This document shows positions 1 to 7,405 of a DNA stretch of 64,000 bases, in pieces. Within the stretch, counting starts at the first letter, position 1. Every line of letters begins with the position of its first letter. Source of the DNA: Staphylococcus phage vB_Sau_P68; sequence record OL741057.1. The stretch is one strand, 5' to 3'. The position numbers and the translations under genes were made by a program. The notes beneath the pieces were generated by a model. The model saw nothing but the letters and a program-made list of their open reading frames with translations. It was not told the origin of the DNA and ran no database searches.

Positions 1-76
1 GCCTGGTTTCCAACCTGCAGGGGGCATTACCTTGTCCGCCATTTTTTGAATGTTGCCTAAATTTGAATTTGCCATT
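1..76 (-). CDS. hypothetical protein, N-terminal part only (MANSNLGNIQKMADKVMPPAGWKPG...; gene runs off the left edge)
   Basis: minus-strand ATG at 76 preceded by AGGAGG RBS and a TTGACT-N17-TATTAT promoter at 107-135. Confidence 0.45.
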
Positions 77-106
77 TTGTATTTCCTCCTTTTTTTAACT
101 ACCTTA

Positions 107-135
107 ATAATATCATGGTAGGGCTTGGAAGTCAA
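107..135 (-). promoter_or_regulatory. sigma-A-like early promoter (minus: TTGACT-N17-TATTAT); its -35 sits inside the palindrome GGGCTTGGAAGTCAAGCCC (121-139)
   Basis: read directly from sequence; consensus hexamers with 17-nt spacer. Confidence 0.6.
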
Positions 136-149
136 GCCCTTTATTTAAT

Positions 150-413
150 TTATTTACAAATCACTGTGTAAGGTGTTTCTAGGTCTGCTTCTTCAATGCT
201 TGTTTCAAAGTTTTCCCATACGTTCTTGATTGCTTTGTTTTTAAAAGTTTCTACGTTCATTCCACTGTGACATGTGAACTGGCTTACCTTGACGATTCCT
301 TTACTTCTAAGTGCTATTTGTAGGGTAACAATCGTTTCTCCTAGGTTGCCTTGTCTGATTTCCTCTTGTGCGTGGTTTAAAGCTTGTGTGAATGTTTTTT
401 TCATAATTATCAA
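150..413 (-). CDS. hypothetical protein (87 aa)
   Basis: ORF track; RBS aaaggaga; promoter 437-465 upstream. Confidence 0.55.
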   Translation of the reverse strand: MIIMKKTFTQALNHAQEEIRQGNLGETIVTLQIALRSKGIVKVSQFTCHSGMNVETFKNKAIKNVWENFETSIEEADLETPYTVICK

Positions 414-436
414 TTCCTCTCTTATTTGTTATCTTA

Positions 437-465
437 ATAATAACATGTATTTGGAAGGTTGTCAA
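437..465 (-). promoter_or_regulatory. sigma-A-like promoter (minus: TTGACA-N17-TATTAT)
   Basis: sequence. Confidence 0.6.
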
Positions 466-523
466 CACCTTTTTAAAAGTTTTTTTTATTTGATGTTTTG
501 ACCGCTTCCTTACTACACTCTAT

Positions 524-552
524 ATATTACAGTATAATGATATAAAAGTCAA
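524..552 (-). promoter_or_regulatory. second, tandem upstream promoter (minus: TTGACT-N17-TAATAT)
   Basis: sequence. Confidence 0.5.
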
Positions 553-597
553 TAGATTTATGAAACTTTTTTAAATAAATTATTTTAAGTAAAACTC

Positions 598-626
598 TTG
601 ACAAAAGGGGCAAAATTTGAGATAAT
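598..626 (+). promoter_or_regulatory. plus-strand promoter TTGACA-N17-GATAAT for the HNH gene
   Basis: sequence. Confidence 0.5.
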
Positions 627-658
627 GGAAGAGAGAATCAAAAAAGGAGAGGTAAAAA

Positions 659-1144
659 ATGATTGAAAATAAAATTAATGAAGATTGGAAACTTATAAAA
701 AAATTATCTAATGAAAATAATAAATATTATGTTTCTAATAACGGAATTGTTAAAAGTAGTATCAAAGGAAAAGAAAACACCTTAACAAATTTTCCAAATA
801 AAAAAGGGTATTTAATGGTTAGAATAGCAAAAAGAAATATAAAAGTTCATAGGCTTGTATATGAATATTTTGGAACAGATTTCAATAAAGATTATCATGT
901 ACACCATAAAGACGAAAACAAACAAAATAACTGTATTGATAACCTAGAATGTATTAGCCCATCAGAACATACCACACATCACAATAAAACTGATGATTTT
1001 AGATACAAAAGAGGTAAAGCACCAACACAAAAAGAAATTAAAGAAATAAAACAGAAATACAAGCCATATAAATATACTGCACCGATGTTATCAAAAGAAT
1101 ATAATTTGAGTGTAGATACAATAAAATATATTTTAAAAAATTAA
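659..1144 (+). CDS. HNH homing endonuclease (NUMOD4-like N-terminus + HNH_3-type motif)
   Basis: WKLIKKL...YYVSNNGIVKS (NUMOD4-like); GYLMVRI...HRLVYEYF...HHKDENKQNNCIDNLECISPSEH (HNH_3); orientation opposite to neighbours; own promoter. Confidence 0.75.
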   Translation: MIENKINEDWKLIKKLSNENNKYYVSNNGIVKSSIKGKENTLTNFPNKKGYLMVRIAKRNIKVHRLVYEYFGTDFNKDYHVHHKDENKQNNCIDNLECISPSEHTTHHNKTDDFRYKRGKAPTQKEIKEIKQKYKPYKYTAPMLSKEYNLSVDTIKYILKN

Positions 1145-1152
1145 TTTAAGTA

Positions 1153-1181
1153 TTGACAATAAGTAGCAAACATAGTATAAT
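1153..1181 (+). promoter_or_regulatory. plus-strand consensus promoter TTGACA-N17-TATAAT with no ORF downstream
   Basis: sequence. Confidence 0.55.
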
Positions 1182-1333
1182 TGAGATGAGTGGTTATTTT
1201 TTTTTAAAAAAGGACGGATTTGCCCCGAAACCCCTTCTTTGGTCTTGGGCTCCTTAACCTTATATCTATATTATACTATGGATTGAAAGAAATGTCAACA
1301 CTTTTTTATAAACTTTTTTAATTAATTTAAGTA

Positions 1334-1362
1334 TTGACAAGTGGGAGCAAAATTGATATAAT
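1334..1362 (+). promoter_or_regulatory. plus-strand consensus promoter TTGACA-N17-TATAAT with no ORF downstream
   Basis: sequence. Confidence 0.55.
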
Positions 1363-1486
1363 GGGGGTGGAGGGTATTTTTATCTATAATTTTTTTATAT
1401 AATATTATTTTTATACGAAAAAAAGTCATCACTTCATTATCTCATTTTTTCGTACATTTGTCAAGCACATATTCAAAAAGAAATAA

Positions 1487-1521
1487 CCGCTTCAAATTAT
1501 TAAATAAGAAGCGGTTTATAT
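1487..1521 (-). terminator. rho-independent terminator, probably bidirectional (AACCGCTTC...GAAGCGGTT hairpin with T-runs on both strands)
   Basis: sequence. Confidence 0.6.
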
Positions 1522-1528
1522 AATTTTT

Positions 1529-1711
1529 TTATTTAAATAAAATTTCATCTTCAAATAATTGAATAGTCTTGTTATCAACCTTACAGATAAATATATAAGT
1601 TTCTGAATCATTAAAATCGTATTCTGATTTAGATAAAGGTTTTATAATTTCTACATTTGAGTTGTTTAATTTTTTTAATTCTGAATCATTTGTATTTAAT
1701 AGAGTAGTCAT
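1529..1711 (-). CDS. hypothetical small protein (60 aa)
   Basis: ORF track; followed by a terminator. Confidence 0.4.
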   Translation of the reverse strand: MTTLLNTNDSELKKLNNSNVEIIKPLSKSEYDFNDSETYIFICKVDNKTIQLFEDEILFK

Positions 1712-1766
1712 ATTATCATTTCCTTTATTGTATAATTTTTTTATATAATGCCTAGGGAATAAATCC

Positions 1767-2168
1767 CTAGAACATTAAATCATGTAGCTCATAAGATAAT
1801 AAACTTAAATCTTCATATTCTACAATGTATAGCACACCATTAACTTTTATGCTAATTGCTTCTTGTTGATAAAAAACAATCAACTGTCTAGCAATTTTAG
1901 AAATGGCGTGTAATAACCCTTGTTGGTCGTTCACGTCCTCCATATCCTTGTCATAGTACCATTCAAAGTTAGTGTTATTGTCTTGCATTATACGTTGTTC
2001 ATTGTCTGACCACCATTGACCTTTAACGTCTGTAGTAGTACAACCTCCACATATTTTAGTGATATTTTCTAATGATTCACGAATTGCTAAGTTGTCAATC
2101 TCAACACCGTTGTTATCTTCCTTAGGTACGATAATTTCCACTTTATTTTGTAATTTGAACATTTTCAT
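1767..2168 (-). CDS. hypothetical protein (start moved to MKMFK)
   Basis: the longer ORF-track start would overlap promoter 2207-2235; RBS aaaaggaa before ATGAAAATG. Confidence 0.55.
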   Translation of the reverse strand: MKMFKLQNKVEIIVPKEDNNGVEIDNLAIRESLENITKICGGCTTTDVKGQWWSDNEQRIMQDNNTNFEWYYDKDMEDVNDQQGLLHAISKIARQLIVFYQQEAISIKVNGVLYIVEYEDLSLLSYELHDLMF

Positions 2169-2248
2169 CAATTCCTTTTCTGATTTGTATTTTTTAACTA
2201 TCTTAATAATAACATGCCAGGGCTTGGAAGTCAAGCCCTATTTTAAAA

Positions 2249-2572
2249 TTAATCTTCATAAATGAATAAGTTTTTGCTTGGTAAGTATCTGAAGTTTGGT
2301 GCAATCCCTAAGCAATATACAAGCGTGTTGAGGCTATCACGGTCTGAATTGCTTTCACCATAGTACGAAACAATTTCATTTACGCTTAAGTCAATCTCAA
2401 TCGTTTGAGTTCCCCAATGTCTCATAACCAATTTGTTTCCGTCAATCTCAATTGCGTATTTTTCCTCAAGCTCACCCTTGCTATATCCGTCAAAGTAACG
2501 ACCGTTTAAAATTGCTTGCCCTTTGTTTTCAGCTTTTTCCAATAAGTTTTCAATAGTTTTGATAAATTTCAT
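2249..2572 (-). CDS. hypothetical protein
   Basis: ORF track; RBS aaaaggaattgat; tandem promoters upstream. Confidence 0.55.
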   Translation of the reverse strand: MKFIKTIENLLEKAENKGQAILNGRYFDGYSKGELEEKYAIEIDGNKLVMRHWGTQTIEIDLSVNEIVSYYGESNSDRDSLNTLVYCLGIAPNFRYLPSKNLFIYED

Positions 2573-2738
2573 TTGTATCAATTCCTTTTCTGTTTGATTT
2601 GTTATACTAAGTATATCATGTGGCTAAGTGACTTGTCAACAGTTTTTTTAAAACTTTTTTTACTAGGTTGGAAGTGGTTTGTCCGCTTCCCTTACCTTGT
2701 ATCTTAATAATAACATGTAATGTTTAAGTTGTCAACAG

Positions 2739-3020
2739 TTATTTAAAAGTATTTTCAATTTCTTTTATTAATTCTTGAGCATTTGGGAAGTTTAAAGTGT
2801 AACCGTAAAAGTCAATACATACGTTCCCTAAGTCTTCATCTAAAAAGTCGGGAATAATAAAAAGACTCTCAACTTTTCCGTCACGTATAAAGCTTGGTGT
2901 GATATCCTCATAAGCACCACTAGGGCTTGTGATTTCTAATACTGTAATAGTTTCATCGTATTCAAATTCGTACCCTTTGCTTTCTAGTGTTTCAATTACG
3001 TTGTTTAATGTGTTTTTCAT
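2739..3020 (-). CDS. hypothetical protein (93 aa)
   Basis: ORF track. Confidence 0.55.
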   Translation of the reverse strand: MKNTLNNVIETLESKGYEFEYDETITVLEITSPSGAYEDITPSFIRDGKVESLFIIPDFLDEDLGNVCIDFYGYTLNFPNAQELIKEIENTFK

Positions 3021-3091
3021 AATAAATCAATTCCTCTCATTTGGTATATATTAATAATAACATGCTAGGGCTTGAAAGTCAAGCCCTTTAT

Positions 3092-3520
3092 TTAATTAAT
3101 TTCTTTTATCCAATCTTTTTCAATTCTGTTATATACGCATTGCACTTCTTCCTTTAGTTGTGGTTTTTCAAATTCTGATTTTATTAAGTCCACTGTGTCA
3201 AATTCTTCTTCATCGGCAAAATAAGCTAAGTCTGAAAATGAGTAATAATCATGTGCAAAGTATTCAGATGTTGGAATTTCTAACGTTAAAGTTATCTCAT
3301 TTTTTAAAGAGCTTAATGATGTTATTTCTTCAATACGTCCCTCATTCTCTTTCATGTAATCATTTTCTAACATTCCAAAGAATAAACCTTTATAGCCAGT
3401 AATTTCTTTCAAATAATCGTAAGCATAATCTGAAAATGATGTATCATTTTTAGCGTAACAAACTCCCTCATTATTTATTATTTCTAAAACTTCATTCGAT
3501 ACTTTTGTTATAATTTTCAT
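3092..3520 (-). CDS. hypothetical acidic protein (142 aa)
   Basis: ORF track; two tandem TTGACA-N17-TATTAT promoters upstream at 3555-3690. Confidence 0.55.
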   Translation of the reverse strand: MKIITKVSNEVLEIINNEGVCYAKNDTSFSDYAYDYLKEITGYKGLFFGMLENDYMKENEGRIEEITSLSSLKNEITLTLEIPTSEYFAHDYYSFSDLAYFADEEEFDTVDLIKSEFEKPQLKEEVQCVYNRIEKDWIKEIN

Positions 3521-3686
3521 AATTAATCAATTCCTTTTCTGTTTGTTTTTGTTATCTTAATAATATCATGGTTTCAAGTTACTGTCAATAGTTTTTTTAA
3601 ACTTTTTTTATTTAGGTTGGAAGCGGTTGACCGCTTCCCTTACCTTGTATCTTAATAATAACATGTAGTGCTTAAGTTGTCAACAC

Positions 3687-3995
3687 TTATTTAAAACTTT
3701 CTATATAAGCATTTTCATCAAGTCCAACACGTGAATTAAAATCTTTTAAGTTTTCATATGTTGGATTTATCCAAATTCCATTCACTACATTTTCATGGTG
3801 TTCTTGCATTTCTTCAATAGTATCAAATATATCTAACCAATCCGTCAATTCATCTATAGTGTCATTTGTCACGTCACCTAGGTAATTGCTTTCTACAGTT
3901 AAATCTTTCATTAGGTTGTCTAATCCAATTGCTAATAATTCCGGACTTTCAAAACCACTGTAAGAGTAAAATTTCAAGTTTTGTACGTTTTTCAT
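3687..3995 (-). CDS. hypothetical protein (start at MKNVQ)
   Basis: ORF track; the RBS spacing favours the second ATG. Confidence 0.5.
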   Translation of the reverse strand: MKNVQNLKFYSYSGFESPELLAIGLDNLMKDLTVESNYLGDVTNDTIDELTDWLDIFDTIEEMQEHHENVVNGIWINPTYENLKDFNSRVGLDENAYIESFK

Positions 3996-4063
3996 TTGTA
4001 TCATTTCCTTTTTGTTTTATTTGTTATCTTAATAATATCATGGTTTCAAGTGACTGTCAAGCC

Positions 4064-4222
4064 TTATCTTAAAAAAATATTTATGTTATCTTGTAGTAGT
4101 AAAAACCAATTTACAAGCTTAGGCGTGATTGATGCAACTAAACCGCCTATAATAAGTAAAAGGATATTGTCCGTTTTTTGTGTTGATTTGATTGTTTTGT
4201 TTTTCCATTTAAATTTTAGCAT
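4064..4222 (-). CDS. small hydrophobic membrane protein (~52 aa: MLKFKWKNKTIKSTQKTDNILLLIIGGLVASITPKLVNWFLLL...)
   Basis: found by hand; GGGAGG RBS 8 nt before the ATG; TTGACT promoter at ~4255-4290; same strand as neighbours; replaces the plus-strand ORF 3981..4352 in the track. Confidence 0.4.
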   Translation of the reverse strand: MLKFKWKNKTIKSTQKTDNILLLIIGGLVASITPKLVNWFLLLQDNINIFLR

Positions 4223-4319
4223 TTGTGTTGCCTCCCTTGTTGGTATACCTATATATTACTATAAGAATAAACATAAGTCAATAGGTTTTTTAAATCTTTT
4301 TGAAAAAGTTAAAATAATA

Positions 4320-4345
4320 AAAAGCCCACATAATAGTAGGCTTTG
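4320..4345 (-). terminator. rho-independent terminator (AAAGCC...GGCTTT hairpin + T-run on the minus strand)
   Basis: sequence. Confidence 0.45.
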
Positions 4346-4348
4346 TGT

Positions 4349-4495
4349 TTAACTCCAATTTATAGCTTGTCTTTCTTTTTGTAGTTCAAGCAATCTCATT
4401 TGTAAAGAGCTTGCTTGTGCTTTACTGTTTTCATTATGTTTTATCATTTCTTTAACCTCAGTGATTTCTCTTTTTACTATTCTAATATCTCTCAT
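4349..4495 (-). CDS. small protein (~47 aa: MRDIRIVKREITEVKEMIKHNENSKAQASSLQMRLLELQKERQAINWS)
   Basis: found by hand; TTGACT promoter at ~4560-4590; terminator immediately downstream. Confidence 0.35.
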   Translation of the reverse strand: MRDIRIVKREITEVKEMIKHNENSKAQASSLQMRLLELQKERQAINWS

Positions 4496-4627
4496 TTTAA
4501 CAACCGCCTTTTTTTTATTTGTTTTCCTAATTGCTATACCTATATATTAAACCATAATAAGATATAAGTCAATAGATTTATTGAAATTAATTTAAAAAAC
4601 TTTTTTGAATAAAAGTATTGACAATAA

Positions 4628-4656
4628 GTCCGAATTATTATATAATGGAAGTGGAG
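4628..4656 (+). promoter_or_regulatory. plus-strand consensus promoter TTGACA-N17-TATAAT with no ORF downstream
   Basis: sequence. Confidence 0.55.
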
Positions 4657-4721
4657 CCTTTTTTTATCTATAATTTTTTTATATAATAATAAAAGAAAGT
4701 AAAAAAAGTTTCTGAAAGGTG

Positions 4722-4750
4722 TTGACAATTATGGTTATTCATAGTATACT
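4722..4750 (+). promoter_or_regulatory. plus-strand promoter TTGACA-N17-TATACT, convergent with the minus-strand promoter at ~4890-4925
   Basis: sequence. Confidence 0.5.
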
Positions 4751-4984
4751 ATATATAGAAAGTAAAACAGTGGTAACCCGCCTAACCCTTCCACTATAAA
4801 TATGACAAGGTGGGGAGAAAGAGCGGTTCTAAAACCATTTAATATAAATTTTTTATACAATAATTTTTTTATACTAAAAAAGGTCTTCACTTCATTATAC
4901 CATAAAAAATATATTCTTGTCAACAGTCAATTTTACACTAATTTATTTATTAAATAATTTTTTTATATAAATTTAAACAAATAA

Positions 4985-5012
4985 AAAACCCTAGGAATTT
5001 AATCCCAGGGAA
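4985..5012 (-). terminator. rho-independent terminator (CCCTGGGATT..AATTCCTAGGG hairpin + T-run on the minus strand)
   Basis: sequence. Confidence 0.5.
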
Positions 5013-5025
5013 TTCTATAATTTTT

Positions 5026-5292
5026 TTATACTTCTAACATTGTATTTAAATCTTCTAACACTTCAATAATATAATTATGAAATAATATAGGTGTAACATT
5101 AGAATTTTTATATAACTTTTCTTCATCTGTTATAATTGCATTATTTAATGCAATACTATCTTGAATTTGAAAATAATTATTTAATTCTTTTAATTCATTT
5201 AAAGTTACATCATAATTGAGTGCAATTCTATTTATTTCTTCATTAGTTCCAAAAAGTACAGTTTTAATAATTTTATTTAATTTTTTATTCAT
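5026..5292 (-). CDS. hypothetical protein (88 aa)
   Basis: ORF track. Confidence 0.5.
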   Translation of the reverse strand: MNKKLNKIIKTVLFGTNEEINRIALNYDVTLNELKELNNYFQIQDSIALNNAIITDEEKLYKNSNVTPILFHNYIIEVLEDLNTMLEV

Positions 5293-5341
5293 AATATCAT
5301 ATCCCTTTTTTATAAATTTTTTATTTAATTCAGAAGCGGTT

Positions 5342-5635
5342 TTAATTCTTAACCGCTTCTATTTCTTTAACTTTGTCTAGTGCAAAATTTAATGTATCTT
5401 CTATATTATAACTTTGGAATACTACACCGCCGCCAAACCATTTTGCACGATATTTATTAAAGCCATACATCATATTGATTTTGTCATAGTCCCATAAACC
5501 AATACCAAGGTCATAGAAGTCCACTACATAACGTGGGTTTCCGTTTACATCATTGGGAATTCTGAACACTTCAATTTCTTTTCCTTGTACTGTGTGAGTT
5601 TCTGTGTATACGTAATTTTTAGCCATAATAATCAA
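5342..5635 (-). CDS. hypothetical protein (97 aa)
   Basis: ORF track. Confidence 0.55.
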   Translation of the reverse strand: MIIMAKNYVYTETHTVQGKEIEVFRIPNDVNGNPRYVVDFYDLGIGLWDYDKINMMYGFNKYRAKWFGGGVVFQSYNIEDTLNFALDKVKEIEAVKN

Positions 5636-5736
5636 ATCCTATTCTATAATTTTTTTATTTAATTTCTGTTCCGTGTGCTTGTGTTCCTTACATCTATTAT
5701 ATTACTACATCTTTAGGGCTTTTGCAAGCCCTATTT

Positions 5737-6045
5737 TTAAATTTCTTCAATAAATTTTATTTCTTTATCTTTCACACCGTACACCGTATTTTCATATACG
5801 ATTATAATCACATCGTCAATTACATTAACCAACATGCTAGCCGGTTGTGTTTGCCTTCTCATGCTCATGAGAGGCGTTTTGCGGAACATTTGAATAGTTT
5901 CATAGTTTCCCTTAACGCTCACTATTAAAGCTGTGTGTGTGCGTGTGTGGTTCACTGTGCTTTCATACAGTGGCGGTTCTGAACATCTGTACCCATCCAT
6001 CTGCCATAGCTCCTGGATAGTATCTGCAATTTCTTTGATTTCCAT
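5737..6045 (-). CDS. hypothetical protein (102 aa)
   Basis: ORF track. Confidence 0.5.
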   Translation of the reverse strand: MEIKEIADTIQELWQMDGYRCSEPPLYESTVNHTRTHTALIVSVKGNYETIQMFRKTPLMSMRRQTQPASMLVNVIDDVIIIVYENTVYGVKDKEIKFIEEI

Positions 6046-6351
6046 TTAAATCAATTCCCTTCGTGTTATTTATTACACTACTAATATTAAAGGATAGCCG
6101 GCAATAAGTCAATAGATTTATGAAACTTTTTTAAAAAACTTTTAAAGCCCTTTTTTTGCTTTATATAGTAGAAACTGGAAATTAAGCAAAAAATAAATAG
6201 TATAATTTTTTTATATAAATCTATATATAAGACAGACAGACCCCTCCAATTATTATGATAAAGGATAAACACCGATTTGTCAAGCACCAATTTTACACTT
6301 TTTTAAATTGTCATAAAGTGTAAAACTTCTCATTTAATTTGCTAAAAAGTA

Positions 6352-6379
6352 TTGAAATTATATATCAATCTGCTATAAT
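6352..6379 (+). promoter_or_regulatory. plus-strand promoter TTGAAA-N16-TATAAT
   Basis: sequence. Confidence 0.55.
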
Positions 6380-6436
6380 AGTATTTGTAAGGTAATCAAA
6401 CGACCTTAACAACTAAACGAAAAGGATTGATATATA

Positions 6437-6721
6437 ATGATAATTTACAATGAGGACAACACGCAACTAATCGAATTTTTTGAAGGGCTTAACAATGGTA
6501 TGGCAATTAATCAAACGTTCCGAGGTCATTCTTATGAGTTCTATAAGGAAAACGGGAATATCCTAGTAAGACTTGAAGGTGAAACAATCGGTCACATGGT
6601 GCAAAGTGAGTACCGTCACACATATGAAAGCGTTCAATATGAAAATTGGGAAACTGAACAAGTTAGGGTAATTGAATGGTTGGATGAATTAGATGCCTAC
6701 GAATTTGAATACGAAGTATAA
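6437..6721 (+). CDS. hypothetical protein (94 aa), plus strand
   Basis: ORF track; RBS aaaagga; own promoter and own terminator. Confidence 0.55.
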   Translation: MIIYNEDNTQLIEFFEGLNNGMAINQTFRGHSYEFYKENGNILVRLEGETIGHMVQSEYRHTYESVQYENWETEQVRVIEWLDELDAYEFEYEV

Positions 6722-6740
6722 TATATAAAAAAATTATAGA

Positions 6741-6780
6741 AATCCCTGGGAATATAATTCCTGGGGATTCTTTTTGCGGT
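6741..6780 (+). terminator. rho-independent terminator (AATCCCTGGGAAT..ATTCCTGGGGATT + TTTTT)
   Basis: sequence. Confidence 0.55.
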
Positions 6781-6935
6781 CTGCTTGAAGCGGTTGGGAT
6801 AAACTAGGGGAATTCCTCCCTAGCTACTTGACCTTTTTTGACTTTTATAACAAGGTCTAATCCTAAGGTACTACTTATTGATTATTCTAATAGTATTAAT
6901 AACCATCTACTTAGACAATATCCGCTTCTGAATAA

Positions 6936-6963
6936 TTAACCTTATTAATAACCATCTACTTGT
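6936..6963. repeat. 28-nt direct repeat TTAACCTTATTAATAACCATCTACTTGT, copy 1 (partial copies at 6895-6915 and 7431-7465)
   Basis: exact match with 7349-7376. Confidence 0.8.
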
Positions 6964-7099
6964 CTTATTTACCCTATTATACACAATCAAATTACAAGGA
7001 GTAACTTAACCTATATAACATTTACATTAACTTTACAAATATGTAATACTACTGTAACCTAATTCTCATCTAATTCTCATAAACATATGATATAATCTA

Positions 7100-7405
7100 A
7101 ACAACAAAGTAATTAGTTGTTAGTAATTTATTACTGATAACTATTACAGGCGTTGCCTGGTTGTTGTAGCGTAGCGTTAAACAACAACTTGGCATAAGCT
7201 GTTTTGTTCTTAGCTTTTCTAAAAAGCTAAGTCGTACGCTAGTACGAAACAGTATCTATTACATTATATATAACATCCTAATAGATAAACAAATAAATAT
7301 TATATAAGATATAAGGGGCATACTCTGTTCAAATTGACAAGCAATTATTAACCTTATTAATAACCATCTACTTGTAACCTATACCTATTCAGTATAGGTA
7401 TTTTT
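7100..7405 (+). ncRNA. candidate ~300-nt structured non-coding RNA: extended -10 promoter TGaTATAAT at 7088-7096, three strong hairpins at 7160-7250, rho-independent terminator at 7376-7405
   Basis: no ORF with RBS; stems GTTGTTG/CAACAAC, CTTAGCTTTT/AAAAGCTAAG (10 bp), TCGTAC/GTACGA; terminator ATACCTAT..ATAGGTAT + TTTTTTATT. Confidence 0.35.
7349..7376. repeat. 28-nt direct repeat, copy 2
   Basis: exact match with 6936-6963. Confidence 0.8.

Noticed and set aside
121-139. GGGCTTGGAAGTCAAGCCC considered as the terminator of the upstream minus-strand gene
   Set aside because: On the minus strand the hairpin is not followed by a U-run and it contains the -35 hexamer of a promoter with exact 17-nt spacing to TATTAT. 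The U-run is on the plus strand only, hence the dual promoter/antisense-terminator interpretation in the findings.
274-501. Plus-strand ORF track entries 274..501, 2059..2265, 3160..3402, 3866..4072, 3981..4352, 4540..4728 and 4735..4923 in the early region
   Set aside because: They run antisense to minus-strand genes with good RBSs, or through intergenic promoter and terminator repeats. They have no RBS and AT-rich junk-like composition. Better minus-strand small ORFs or non-coding explanations exist.
97-4070. The repeated ~150-bp intergenic cassettes considered as a possible CRISPR-like array
   Set aside because: Repeats are ~30-150 bp with variable spacing, each is followed by a gene, and they decompose into -35/-10 promoter hexamers plus hairpins. 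There is no repeat-spacer periodicity.
5715-5745. Hairpin TAGGGCTT ttgc AAGCCCTA as the terminator for minus gene 5737..6045
   Set aside because: The U-run follows the hairpin only on the plus strand. It is more likely another antisense-blocking terminator, or part of the leader of the downstream gene, and it is not well supported as a minus-strand terminator.
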